Notes under the pieces: generated by a model
Seen by the model: the letters and a program-made list of their open reading frames with translations, nothing else
The model's database searches: none
Told to the model about the DNA's origin: nothing
DNA from: the human T2T-CHM13v2.0 reference genome, Homo sapiens
Direction: 5' to 3' (one strand)
DNA: 64,000 nucleotides
Assembly: GCF_009914755.1 (NCBI RefSeq)
Contig: NC_060931.1
Position numbers and translations under genes: made by a program
In this document: positions 1 to 13,200 of the stretch, one piece after another
Layout: the number at the start of each line of letters is the position of its first letter
How positions within the stretch are numbered: position 1 is the first letter of the stretch

Positions 1-434
1 TTATGAGATTCCCTGGCAGCACTGAAGACTAAAGGAGTCATGACCATTTTATTGATGAAACAGTCATGGAGCTGGTATCAAAACGATGAGTAGGATTTAA
101 GTAGGGAAAGAATATTGGGGACAGGGAAGTATGAACAGGAAAGTTCTTTAGACAAAGAGAACAGTAGGTAGGATGGCCCTGAGATGGAAGAAGCATGGTG
201 CATTTGAAGAACTGGGAGCAGGTGGCTGAAGTATGTTGATGGGCAAGGAGGGCATTTGAAGAGATGATGCTCCAGAAATAGATAAAACTAGAATAGAACT
301 GGGTGGTTTTGAAACTCATCTGAAGTGGTTTGCCCGTCCTTTGTTGATTTGATTACTTTACTGGTCGCCTTTTATCCCCATACTGAATCCCATTATCTCC
401 CGTCCCAGACAAATGTTCTAATGTAATAAATGAA

Positions 435-635
435 ATTCATTCACTAAGCAAATATTGAGCATCTCCCATGTGCCACACACTACTCTAGGAACTGGAGAAA
501 TAGCAGTGAACAAAATAGACATAAATCCCTTATCAAGCTTACATTTATAATGAAATTAGAGAATAGTGACATAAGTAAGTAGAACATAAGTTGGTTAGAT
601 GTTAAGTGCTAAGGAGAAAAATGAAGCAGGAAACA
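435..635 (-). mobile_element. L2 3' end fragment
   Basis: attcattcac...atattgagcatctcccatgtgccacacac...gcagtgaacaaaatagac is the reverse complement of the L2 3' terminus. Confidence 0.75.
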
Positions 636-689
636 GGCACCCGGAAGTATAAGAAATGTATTTCTCTGTTTCAATATATTGTTGCTAAT

Positions 690-900
690 ACCAATTGTTG
701 TTTTACATGAAAACATTTAAATTCATATAAATGGCATTGTGCTATCAATCTTGTTTAGTTTTTAATTCTTTCTACTTAGAGCTATTTTCTTAATATCTAT
801 TCATGTAATTATGAGTGTGGATAATCTGTTGCTTCTGAATGTTGTGTAATACCCCCATACATCCCCCTCATATCTTATGTATCCATACTTCCAATAATGG
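690..900 (-). mobile_element. Old L1M (L1ME-like) fragment
   Basis: Degenerate atataaatggcatt...tatctattcatgt...tgtatccatact pattern of the antisense old-L1 3' region. Confidence 0.45.
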
Positions 901-989
901 AAAACAAGATTACCTCCATTTCCTTGCTCTCAGAGCAAAGCCAAGCCATGGCTCCATGGACTTTGTATGCATGTGAGAGGAGGTGGCAG

Positions 990-2440
990 TGGAAGAGAAA
1001 TAAGACTGGCTTCGTATTTTCAAAACATACCTCTAGATGCAATGTGAAAACTGGAGTGGAGGGAATCCAGATTCTATTTAGGAGAGTGATTGCAGCAGTC
1101 TGGGAAGAAATGTGCATTTTAGACTAGGTTGATGGCAATGGTAGAACTAAGGAGAAATGGAAGAATTCAAATGATACTGAAAAAGTAATGTTGATTGGCC
1201 TTGGTGATAAAATGGATATGGAGATGCAAGAGAGGGATGTGTCAAGAGTGACTCAGCATTCTAATTTAGGCAACTGGGTGGAGAAGAATTTTTGCACTAA
1301 GGTGGTGAACATCGGAAAATGACCTCTTAAAGAGAAATATTACATGGCTGTAACACTGATTAACATGTAGAATTTAATGAAATCTGTAATATAACCACTT
1401 TAATCTAACCACACCATGAAGGAAAGATTCACTGAGTACTTATTATATGCTATTAACTATGCCAGGATTTAAAAGTCCAGTAGAGTGACAAAAAAACTGC
1501 CAAATCAAAATATTATAATTCTGTAATTATTATGATGAAGCCTATCGGGGACATAGAACACAGAGCATGCTGAAGTCTGTTTGGAGATGAATGGAATTTC
1601 ACTAAGAGGAATCTGGAAGGAGGGCAGAAGGAAATCTAAGCACAAAGAGATGGAAATGTAAACAAATATAATATTTTAGGGGAAGTTCAAGGAATCTGTT
1701 TTTGCAAGGAAGGAGTTAGTGGTTTTCAGTGGGGCGTGGGGCCATATAATTCTCTGGCATACAAAGGATTTTATGGAGACTGTGACGGGAGGTACTCGAG
1801 CAGAAAAGTAGTGATTAGATTCGGACACTAGAGAGATTACTCCAGCATCAAGAGAGAAAGACAGGTAAGGACACTACTCGTTGGCGACCTCTGAAATGAC
1901 GACTGTATGAACTATGGCAGGGACATAGGGATTGGATAAGAGGGGCACATGAAGGAGGTGTTCAGAAAGTAGACTTGAAAGGACCTCATGATTAATTGAA
2001 TGTTCTGGGGAATCAAGGATGACTCCCAGGTTCCTGGCTTGGGCAGTTGTGTAGATGGCTGTGATAGTTACTGAGCTTGGGTGTACAGGAGGGACAGAAG
2101 TTCTGAGAAGGTCATGTGCTCAGTTGAATTTTAGTTTGTTTTTTTAAAAGGTCAATCCAGATGGAGGATGTATATGGGTTCAGACCTAAGAACTAGGTCT
2201 GAGTTAGGGATGTAGATTTTAGACTGGGTCAGTTGACTGGTGTATGTGGACACTGGGAAGGAAAAGAATTAAGACCCTCTTTGCCCAGAGGCCTCTTTGC
2301 ATATGATGGCCTACTTTTGACAAAAACTCACTTTGTGAAGCCAAGCAGAGCCACAAATATAAGAAAAGGTGAAAGAGACTAGTCAAAGATAATACAAGGA
2401 GAGGAGAACCAGGAAGAAAGAAGAGAGAAGGTGAGGAATA
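990..2440 (-). mobile_element. Degenerate L2 body fragments
   Basis: Purine-rich L2 motifs such as gtcaagagtgactc, aggcaactgggtgg and gatgactcccaggttcctggcttgggcag. Confidence 0.6.
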
Positions 2441-3024
2441 TAAGTATTCCAGTGTCTGCACTATTTTTTCTTACATGTTTTTCCTTGTGTGCTAGTTTTT
2501 GGAATGTTCTGAAAATGCTATTTGTGTATATATTCTATAAAATGTCATGATGGTTTACCTCTGGTTTCTCTTTTACATATGGCTTCAATGTATCTTTGCA
2601 TATGATGGCCTACTTTTGACAAAGAATCAGGTTTATAGTGTTTGAATTTTATGGCATCAATAAAGTTTTAAAATATATTTAAAGTGACTGCTGTATAAAA
2701 TTTCTCCTTGTCTTGCAGTTAACATACCCTTGTATTCTGTTTACCATGCCCTCCCACAATTTTATGTTTTCTGCTTTCTGTGTATCTGTTTTTCATCTAC
2801 ATGGGCTGTTTCTTCCATCAAAAAAAGACCTCCCAATTTCTAATTTTAAATGTATATTCCTTTCTCCATTCTTTATACATACTTCTAAATGTAACTCAAA
2901 TTTTCCAAGGCCTGGCAAGCCCCTGGATATTAATGGAATTATATTAACAATAGCCCAAACTCCATTGCTTTTTAAACGTAACTGTTACAAGGACCTTTGT
3001 TCCTTGTTATGTATGTCTGTTTAT

Positions 3025-3660
3025 TATACTAGAGGTGGGCATTGTTTGGCCGCCAAACATCTTGACCTTTTCCCTATGTTTGAGGAATCCACCATTGTGT
3101 GACTATTGTGAGAGGGGGCATCTTCTGCAGAGGTGAGAGAAAACATCACTCTGATTTCTGGCTGCTAGGGGGCAGTCATGTCACCCAATCGCAGATAATC
3201 AGATAACTCTTGCCAGGGAATTTGAATCTGGGTTGATTGACCTATAGAAGCAGAAAAGCCTGGGAATATTATCTAGTATTCAGTGGCTATGGTCTAGTGG
3301 TAGGGTCCAGTTTCCGCGGCTGGCAGGCCCAGTAGTTGTTAGAAGTCAGAGACGCTTAACAAAGTTCCCTTGTATGGAAACAGAACCACATGTTCCATCT
3401 CATTAGAAAGAAGTCAAACTTAAAAAAAAAAAAAAAGAGAGTCTCTGTAAAATGTACTGCATTGTATTGAGAGGAATTTGTGTTAAAAACTAAATAATGG
3501 GAAAAGATCCACCCTACCCTATGACCTTTGTGGTGGTTTAGCTGCTCAAATTTCCTTGATTAGTCTTTTCAGAACCTGGTTCTAGTTTTCCTTTGATTGT
3601 GTGATGTACAAAATACTGGTCCAATAACTTTCTTTTTTGCTAAAATAACCAGACTACAGC
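3025..3660 (+). mobile_element. Ancient ERVL-type LTR (LTR33/41/50 group), with A-run interruption
   Basis: tttggccgccaaacatc...ggaatcccaccattgtgtg, gctagggggcagtcatgtcacc, ggaatttgaatctgg, and 3' ccaataactttcttttttgctaaaataaccaga. Confidence 0.55.
3159..3178 (+). promoter_or_regulatory. CTCF core motif candidate
   Basis: TGG CTGCTAGGGGGCAG TCA matches CC(A/G)(C/G)(C/T)AG(A/G)(G/T)GGC(A/G)(G/C) at 13/14. The single mismatch is consistent with CpG decay. Confidence 0.5.
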
Positions 3661-4259
3661 AAAATGCCTTTGTGCTCTATGTTACATCCTCATGGACAAT
3701 TTCAGTTTCAGAGGTGGCACACAGATCCATGAGAGCTCTGAATCCCTTTGTGCTGGTAGCATCCCGCCTCTGGTACTCTCCAAGTTGGCCCACTCTTCTG
3801 GCTCAGCTTGGCTCTCAGCCTCCTATGACCTGGTCACTTCAAGCTTTTAGACAGGAACCTCTCAAGAAACCTCTCAAGAGGACATAAAACAGTTCCATGT
3901 TGGCTTCTCTTGAACATGTTCCAATATGGATCATGAAACACACAGCATTGTGCCAGCAGGCTGAGAGAGCAAATTAATTTCCTGTTTCAGCTATCATAGG
4001 CCGCTCAAGCCCAAGCATGGCCTTTTGATTTCTTAGGCTCAATGTAGATTCCAGTCTATCAGGCCACACACTAAGGTGACACATATTAAGTCCCTCTCTT
4101 GACTTAATGTAAAGGGGTAATTACCTTTCACATCTTTGCTTTGGTGGGGGTGGAGTCATAGCATAACCCTTCAAATCAATCCTCTTCACAAACCCTTTCT
4201 CCCCATTCACACTCTTCTACCCTTCCATGCCTTCCCCTGTCCCCAACTGGCTTTGAGAT

Positions 4260-4520
4260 CATTTGCTGTACCTTTCTGGGTATCAGTGTCCTCATATGTA
4301 TAATAGAGATAATAATGGTTTCTACTTTGCAAGGTTTTTGTGGCGACTGAATGTGTGTGCATATATATATGTATATATATATGTGTGTGTGTGTATATAT
4401 ATATATATACGTATATATAGAAGCATATATAATGTGTGTCTGTGCATGTAGCTTAGAATAGTCCAGCTCATAGTAAACTCTATCTAAAGTTTTCTTATTG
4501 CTATTATCATTATTATTCAT
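4260..4520 (+). mobile_element. MIR interrupted by a compound (TG/TA)n microsatellite (4352-4448)
   Basis: tcagtgtcctcatatgtataatagagataataat is the MIR core; the 3' end is tagtaaactc...ttattgctattatc. Confidence 0.7.
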
Positions 4521-4765
4521 GCTGTTGTATCCTAGTAACTGACTTGAGAGTTACAATTTAGTCCCTGGTATGCCTATGTTGATTTATGTAATAAAATGCC
4601 GTTTTGAAGGGGAGGATTTAAGAGATGTTAGGCACTTTAATTTATGCAAAGAGAAATTTCAGGAAAGTTGTTCTAGAATCACATAGTTACATGGTACTGA
4701 AATTGAGGGCAAAACCACTTTTGTCCTTGTTATCACCCCTTTTCTCTGCTAGTTAGCTGACTGGC

Positions 4766-5191
4766 TGTTTTAGTCAGGGTTCCCTAGAGGGGCAGAACTA
4801 ATAGAATGTCTATATCTATCTACATATGGGAGTTTATTAAGCATTAACTTACATGATCACAAGGTCCCACAATAGACTGCAAGCTTGAGGATCAAGGAGA
4901 GCCAATCTGAGTGTCAAAACTGAAGAACTTGGAGTCCAATGTTTGAGGGCAGGAAGCATCTAGCATGGGGGAAAGATGTAGGCTGGAAGGCTAGGCCAGT
5001 CTTACATTTTCACGTTTTTCTGCCTACTTTATATTCACTGGTAGCTGATTAGATTGTGCCCACCAGATTAAGGGTGGGTCTGCCTTCCCCAGCCCACTGA
5101 CTCAAATGTTAATCTCCTTTGGCAACACCCTCACAGATACACCCAGGATCAATGCTTTGCATCCTTCAGTGCAATCAAGTTAACCATCACA
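4766..5191 (-). mobile_element. MLT2A1/A2 LTR (3' LTR of HERV-L)
   Basis: Minus strand starts TGTGATGGTTAA and ends CTGACTAAAACA (TG..CA). Body matches MLT2A (gggcaggaagcatc, ctgactcaaatgttaatctcctttggcaacaccctcacag). A PPT-like gacaaggagtggact precedes it. Confidence 0.9.
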
Positions 5192-6205
5192 AGTCCACTC
5201 CTTGTCAACTTGAAGCCATATATATCTCCTGAGATCATAATCTTCAGTAAAGACAATAATAAGGTCATAATTATGCCTAACATGACTATGCTTCATACAA
5301 CAGGAAACACACCAATCCCCAACCCAAATACTATTACATACAGTTAACAAATACTATTACATAAAGTTGACAAAAAGTCAATAAATCTTATGTCACGTGA
5401 TGAAGGAAAAGAAAATAAAATGAAGGTATTTTCTTAGTATGAGTGCCTACATGCACAAACATGTTTTTAACAAAAGGAGGAGGAAATACTCATGACGGTT
5501 ACAGTCCTTGGTTCTGCAGCTGCTTACCTGGTCATAGCTGTTATTGATGACTACCTTCTTCTACTACCCACCCAAACCTTCATTCCTGAGGGGTATGGAC
5601 CATTTGTAGTCCTGCCTGGATTGGGCTGATGTAGTTTCCCATTGACCTTAATCACAGAGCAAGGTAATACTAAGAGACACCCTAATGGATCTCCTGTATT
5701 CCATGCATACTCTTCCTTACCTCTGTTATGTAGTAGGCTGATTTCAACTTGATAAGTCCAGGCCAATCACCCCAGCCAACACTGTAACTCCTCTCTTAGC
5801 CTCTTGAATTAGGAGGAGCCCAAAGTTTCCAGGTGGCCATCTTAACTTCTAGTTTAATGTAACTATTGTATCTCTTGGTGGCAGCATTCCTCCCTCTGGA
5901 ACTAAGACCTCTAGGTCAGCAGAATGTAATGTGGGAACTGGAAGCAAAATTTTGCTAGTGGATCACTAGGGGTGATGGTGAGTGGTGCCACTTCCACTCT
6001 ACCCCTTGATTCCTGGATCTGTGAATCTTGGCTACGGGAGAAATGGTACCACATATTGGATACTAATTCAGAGCATACATGGTCTTCTGGAGAACTTTGC
6101 CCCAGCTGTGCAAAGTATTGTCACCTAGTTGGATTGTAATTGTGACTTCAAAAGGCCATTCTACTGTTCTATCAATCCAATTGCTTCAGGGTGATAGGGA
6201 ACACT
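5192..6205 (-). pseudogene. HERV-L internal 3' region: decayed integrase and dUTPase, 5'-truncated
   Basis: Minus translation near 6200-6140 gives VPYHPEAIGLIEQ*NGLLKSQ (integrase catalytic-Glu region with a stop). Near 5800-5740 it gives AKRGVTVLAGVIGLD/(+1 frameshift)YQVEI, a degenerate dUTPase GVIDxDYxGEI motif. ORF 5551-5766 continues EEYAWNTGDPLG...NGKL. Confidence 0.9.
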
Positions 6206-6397
6206 GGCCTTGGAGGAGGACAGGCTGACTTGGTTTCTAGAGGCTGAGTCCTAGTGACTGCTTGTGGCAGAGTTGGCTGTGTGGACAGAAAACCATCACT
6301 ACATAGTATAGTGCTGGTAGAACTCTTAAAGGGCATCCAGCTCAACCACTTGGCTTTACAGGGAACACAGTGGAGACCTGGAGGGTTGAATGATATT

Positions 6398-6692
6398 GTT
6401 GCTTTCCAACGTGTGCTCCAGAACATGAGTCCTGGGGAGATGTTAATAGAGCTCCATGACAATTGGTTCCACGGTCTAAGAAGTTTGAAAAATGCTGGAA
6501 GCACAGATTTAAACAGGCTTCTTTATTGCAGAACTTAAATTTTTAAGATTCAATCCGTAATATGAATTTTCCAAAGAGAATATGGTAGGCAGTATATTTT
6601 CCAAACTTGTTTGACCACAGGTTTCCTCCCTCTTTGGGGGATAGAATTTCATATGACTTATGTTCTGCCAAGCATACTTTAGGAAACACTGG
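6398..6692 (-). mobile_element. MER103C-like hAT DNA transposon
   Basis: Internally palindromic arms (ggttccacggtctaagaagtttg / ccaaacttgtttgaccacagg) and the end tttaggaaacactg. Confidence 0.7.
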
Positions 6693-6849
6693 TTTAGAAT
6701 GATGGATATCATGGTTGGAAGGAAAGTGAAGTCAAGGAGGCACAAATAGAAGAGCAAAGCGAGTCATCCCGTTTTGGAAAGGGAAATAGGGTAAATCTAG
6801 ACTTTATTTGACTGAATACATTCCCAATGGGAAACAGGTCTTCCAAGCA

Positions 6850-7060
6850 CAGACTATGTGTCAAAGAAGGCTGGAAGCAATTTCAACTTCTCCCCTTTCT
6901 ACTTCAGAGACTTCCTTCAAGTTACTAAACATCTTTACGCTTCAGGTTTCTCCTCTGTAAAAATGGTTAACATAATACTTTCATTGAAGAAACATTGTAA
7001 AATTGGAGATTGTGTATGCAAAGTATCAAGTCTGGTGTTGTTTTGGGTGTTTTAGTTATC
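6850..7060 (+). mobile_element. MIR
   Basis: caagttactaaacatctttacgcttcaggtttctcctctgtaaaaatgg core. Confidence 0.6.
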
Positions 7061-8552
7061 ATCAGTCCAAATGTTTAGCAGGTGTGTATCCCCTTTAGAA
7101 CAACTCTGACAAGAGAGTTCTTAGTCTGTGCTTGGCAACTAATATCAATTTATTATTTCATTGGCCCTGGCTATGATAAAGCATTTCTTTATAACAGGCC
7201 ATAATCTATCTTTCTTCTTTTTCCTTGTTTCACTCCTTAAGATCATTCAGAACAAATCACATTCCTATATCCTGTGAAACTTAGTCATTTAAAGACAGGG
7301 TACATAGAGCCCTCTTAGTAAATGTCCAGCACTAAGTTCATGGCAAATCCAAGACTGGCATTTGAACTTATGATTTCTAGGCCTCTATTACATACTCAAA
7401 TAATTCTGACATTCCCTACCAAAGCCTTGGTTAACTGGAGCACTGAGACTTTTTACTATCTTCTGCATTTTAATACAGCTGTAGAAATTGTTGTTTTTGC
7501 TGAAAATGAGGACAGATTCTGTTCCAGTGCTGTTTGTTGGAAAATGTGATGTACACAGTGGTATGGCTTAGTTGACATCAAAGAGATAAAACTTCCTACA
7601 ACACACACGTACAGCTTGGGATGCAAACAATTCCATTAGACAATCACTCACCTCTGAACAGTGCAGTAGTATGATTGTATTTAGTTTCTTCAAGTGTACT
7701 GCCAACAATTCTTATGCTTGAAAGTAGACATCCAGCACAAAAAGGTTGTAAATGATTGTCCTACAACTGACCTGAATCCACTCTGTCCTAGCAAGGCTGG
7801 TCAAGGTTGACTCTTCCTCTAGTAACTGGACCACTCCAACTACCCCCAGAAGCTTCTGTCTATAATCCAAACTCCAGCTTCTCATCCTTCTGTCTTGATA
7901 TATTTAAGTCCAAATTTGATACCACTGTTATTTTGTTATTTTGAGGCAAACATGATCTACCTTCATTTATTATTAGATATACATCTCTACTCTCTTATAC
8001 AATTTCTACCTCTACTATTGTTTGTAAAAATCGTATGCTATTAGGACACAATTTTTTTTTCAGTAATAGAAGAGTTATAAACATTTACATGAAACATGAA
8101 AAGCAAAAAAATGTTTTGAGTAACTGGAAACCTGTATTGGAGAAACATAAGCAATTCTGTGAAATAACTATTATTTCTTTTGTCTAATTCTATAGTAAGG
8201 AATTACAGGAGTTTACCAAAAAGCAAGTGTGGTCTCAAATTTTATGTAATAGAATTAAATAAATAATAATTATAAAGGCACCCAAGAAATACAACATAAG
8301 AAAAACCACGAATAAAGGGAATGTAACCAGCTAACATGAGAATGAGTATTAACGGGATGCTTTATAAATAAAGTAAAATTTTAAATTAAAAAATAACATT
8401 AGAAAACAAGAATAAATGAAAACAAATAAACCACATTGTTTTTCCTCTGTTAAGGCAATACCCTTATATACTTAGAGACAAACATTTGTTTTCCCCTACC
8501 AGCCTCCTAATGACAAGGGAGGCCTGGTCTCATTAACGGAATAAGGATCTGA

Positions 8553-8891
<339 letters not shown>

Positions 8892-9748
8892 GAAAATGAC
8901 GTTTTCTAAACTACAAGGGACATAATTTATTAAATGATGAAGAGAAATGAAATAAAATGTCATTTAAATGATTAGTTTTATTCACACAAACTTCAGGCAA
9001 ATGTAAGTACATAGTAAGACCCATTTACTAAGAGAAGACGCCAGTATACCACTAGATTTACTGAAAAACATGTAAAGTGTGAAGAATCAGGGTACATTAT
9101 ATCAGTTTCTGAACATATAACATGCCAAACTACACAATCTTCATTTGAACAAAATGCCCATGAGCATGCCCCTTTCTAAGACAGTGTAGCTTCTCTTACA
9201 GGACAGATAAATCATTTTAGTTAAATTTCCTCTGTAGTTGACAATGAGCCATTGCCTTGTGGGTACATTAGTAAATGTCATTTCCATTATTCTCACTGTT
9301 TTTCCCCATAGCTCTACAGGAAGAAAAAACATATTAATTTGTAAGAGCCAGAACCAAGAAACAAGATCAAGTGAAGTAAAAAATGAAGCATTTCCCAGTA
9401 GAGGAAGCCTTCTAGGATATAAAGTTGAACTATAGTAGAGAATTCACAAAGGACTCTTGATTCTCAGAAGAAAGCAAAGCATAAAGTAAAAGTACAGAAA
9501 GCAAATAATGTCAATGAGCTTTTGGTAGAAACAAAACACGTGAAAGCCTAGTAAAAAGAAAATCTTTTAAATTGTGAGAGAATGGCAACAGGAGCTAAAT
9601 ATTAAAAGAAAGAAAAATAAGGAGTGTACTAAAATGAAGGTTATGGCAAAGACAGGACTATGAACATGAGTTAAAAATGTGACAGTATAATAGGCCAAAT
9701 GTCTTTTACTTTTGATTTTGTTTTGCCTCTAAGACGAATATATACAGA

Positions 9749-10043
<295 letters not shown>

Positions 10044-12759
10044 TTAGTATATACTGCAAACTGTGAATGTGGGCCTTTCAGGGAAATCAACCAAGATAGC
10101 GATGTATTATTTCCTCTCCAACTAAAAACATAGGCTTTGAAGCAAGTGTACTGCAGCTTTTACTCCTTAGAACTCTGGGGGACAGGTGAGTGTCCCAAAA
10201 GTGAAAGAAAAAAAAAAAAAAAAAGAAGCAGAGAAAACATTTCCACATACTATCATGCTGAGGTTTCTAAAAAAAATGGATAAACTTGTAAATTCACATT
10301 TTATTAATACATCAATTTTAACAATTTGGTAATGCACCAATAGTTTTACACATCTATTTTAAATCCAGCACATTCATTAGTTGCTTTACAAATATGCCAC
10401 ATACAAGATTTCTGACTTCATAAAAAACATTATTGGGGCAAAAGAATATGCAGTTTTTAACTTTATTATAATTGTAAAATATCTAATCACTTTTTAAATG
10501 TATATTTATATATACTTAGAATGTTTTAGGCATGTAAGAACATTGTCAGGTTTGTTTGCATTTATAGAATGCATTTCTGATATAATTGTTGAGACAATTT
10601 AGTCAAATCTTAATTTGAGTATAAATTTGAATATATATAATAAATTGTTTCCAAATAGAAGGTAGTTAAAATATTTTATACCAAGAGTTGCATTACATTT
10701 GTCTGGCATTTTCAAGGAATGTAGTATTCTAATTAGGTGAATATTCTAGCCTTTCCCTTTCAGAAGTCCAAACTTTTGAATTTTAATTATCTTTAAAAGA
10801 AATCTTTCTTAAATATTACCTTTCTGCACATAACGTTTTCTGGATAGCTCAGGGTCATTATTAGGAGAATCAATAGCTATGCGGGGTTGCAATATTTTGA
10901 TTACCTCTGCCAGACTGATAAGCACTTCCACTGTAAGAATGACCATGGATGACTCAATTTTCGCATTCCTCTGTCAACTTTCTGTACTTTCTCTCTGTCC
11001 TCCTTCACTGTCAGGCTGTCAATGTGCCTGTCTCCAGGAGTCTCCATCCCCACATCTCCCTAACCTGCATACACCATTATACACATTTTCTTTTAATGGT
11101 TTGCTGCTACACTTTACCATAAATGAGACCCCTATTAAATTGAAGGGGAATAGGGGAGAAGGGAGAAGTTAAAATTATCTAACCTGTATACACTCTTTGA
11201 AAATTAGTATTCCTAGATATCCTTGAAGTTAGAAATGCTACCAACTGCCCTTGTTGCAATGTGTTACATTTCATCCCAGGTATAATAACACTTGTTTCAT
11301 CTCCAGGGAAACCAGATGGCTGCATCAAAAAGGTGTTCTCTGGAAGTTTCATGGAGACCATTTACTCTCATCCTTAGAGAGCAGGGGCAGAAATAGCAAG
11401 TATTTAATCTGTCTAGAATTGATCCTGGGGGACCTGGCATGGAGAAATCTTTCTGTTCCTATGGACCAGCCAAAAGGGAACAGATCCCTTTGGGAAATGG
11501 CATCCTCCAATGCCAGATCCCAGGGCCAAAGGGCAGGTTTCTCTCGCCAAATACATGCCCCTTGTTTACATATGGCATGGAGGTAAAAGAGAAGAAAACT
11601 CATTGGAAAATTTTAACTCAAATATGTTCCTTTTATCTACCCATCATTGTCAGGATTACGTCATTTTGGGCCTATTGTATATCGTTTAAAACTTTTTGTT
11701 TATTGACACCACACGTTGTGTTAATTTGGGTTACTATTAGTATTCATACTTAAAATACACATTTTCAGGTTTATAATTTTACCCATTTATCAGTGAAAGG
11801 AATCAAACTTTCACATATTATAAAATAATTTAAAGTCACTCTAACATAAAAGGAAAAAAGAGAAGGGTAAGGTGAGGTGGAAATCTTAGCACGGAACAAT
11901 TACTAATTGATAAAAATATATTTTCAGTTTTTCCATTAATTATCCTTAGAATAAAGGAATAATAAACAAACCTATCCTTCCTTATAGTTTATCAAAAAGC
12001 AGCCAGAAAATGTTAGTGAATTAGCTAATAAATCCCAAGTCCCACATGTCCACATATTTACAAAGCCTTTACATTTCTTTAATGAGAAAACACACATTCT
12101 AGTTCCTTTGTTTTAAAATAAGTTTTGGAATTTGTATATTTTGCAATATATTGCAGGACCTTTCTACCTCTTTCATACGTTTAACCTCATTACTTTTTTT
12201 CTCTAACTCTCCACTGACTTTCTGTATTGAAAGCAGAGAAATCAAGGAAGCCTTCATAATATTTGGGAGAAAAAGAGAACATGAAAAAAGACAGAAATTT
12301 TAGGGAAGGGTAATTATCATTAATTCATAGGTAGTAAAATACATAGAACTTTGGGGTGTGTGTGTGTGTGGAAGGAGTGATTGAAGGTATAGTTTTGTTG
12401 ACCAAATGTACTGTTTTGAGTTTTAGCGATTTGATATACTATGAATTAGTGTAGGGAAAACCACACTATGGGAATGGCCATAGCAAGATAAGAACTACAT
12501 CCCAGATAAAGTGAGAGGGAAACATGTGAGAGAAAGAGACTCACAATGTTAATGATGAGAATTAAGATAAAGACAAAATTATCACACTTAGGACATGTGG
12601 TTAACTTAGGACTAGATTCTAAGGCCAAATGGATGCTGCAGCTTCAAAGTATTGGCCTAGAGCCAAGAAAGTGGATATGCCCCAGAGTCTTGGGTCAGGC
12701 TAAATCTCTAAGTAGGGGTAGAAGGGTTCTCATTGTTGGGTTAGAAGAAGAAACTTAGG

Positions 12760-13200
12760 TATTCATCCATTCATTCAACCCACCTTTATTGAGCACTGCT
12801 TAGGTGCCAGTGATTATTCTAAGTTTGAAAATGAACTGTGATTCAAACAAATTTTCTGACTCTCTGAGTTTACTTTCTAGTGAGGTACACTGACAATAAA
12901 CAAATAAATGGATACAGAATAAATGGTCAATTATAAGTGCAATAAAAAATAAATAATTGGAACAGAATAGAAAATGAGGGCAAGTCCAATTTTGGATAAG
13001 GTAGTCAGGTAGGAGCTCCCTGAAGACCTGATTTTTGGATGAATATCATAAAGTGACAAAAAGGAACAGATGGATATTAGGAAGAAAAGTAGTCCAGGAA
13101 AATGACAAATTCAAGATCCTGTGTGGGTAGGAATGTGCTGGTTATTTGAGAAACAGAAAGCAGGCCAGTATAGCTAAAATAAATAGGTTGAAGACAGTGT
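12760..13200 (-). mobile_element. L2a 3' end
   Basis: attcatccattcattcaac...tttattgagcactgcttaggtgccag. Confidence 0.8.

Noticed and set aside
5325-5370. 23-bp tandem duplication (also 12-14-bp duplications near 36175 and 62290)
   Set aside because: Two-copy slippage events with no spacer structure; not an array or CRISPR-like system.
5551-5766. HERV-L dUTPase as a domesticated gene
   Set aside because: The conserved motif is mutated and frameshifted, the neighbouring integrase has a stop, and the 5' part of the provirus is missing.
7646-7720. Strong minus-strand donor GAG|GTGAGT
   Set aside because: No convincing upstream acceptor or pyrimidine tract.
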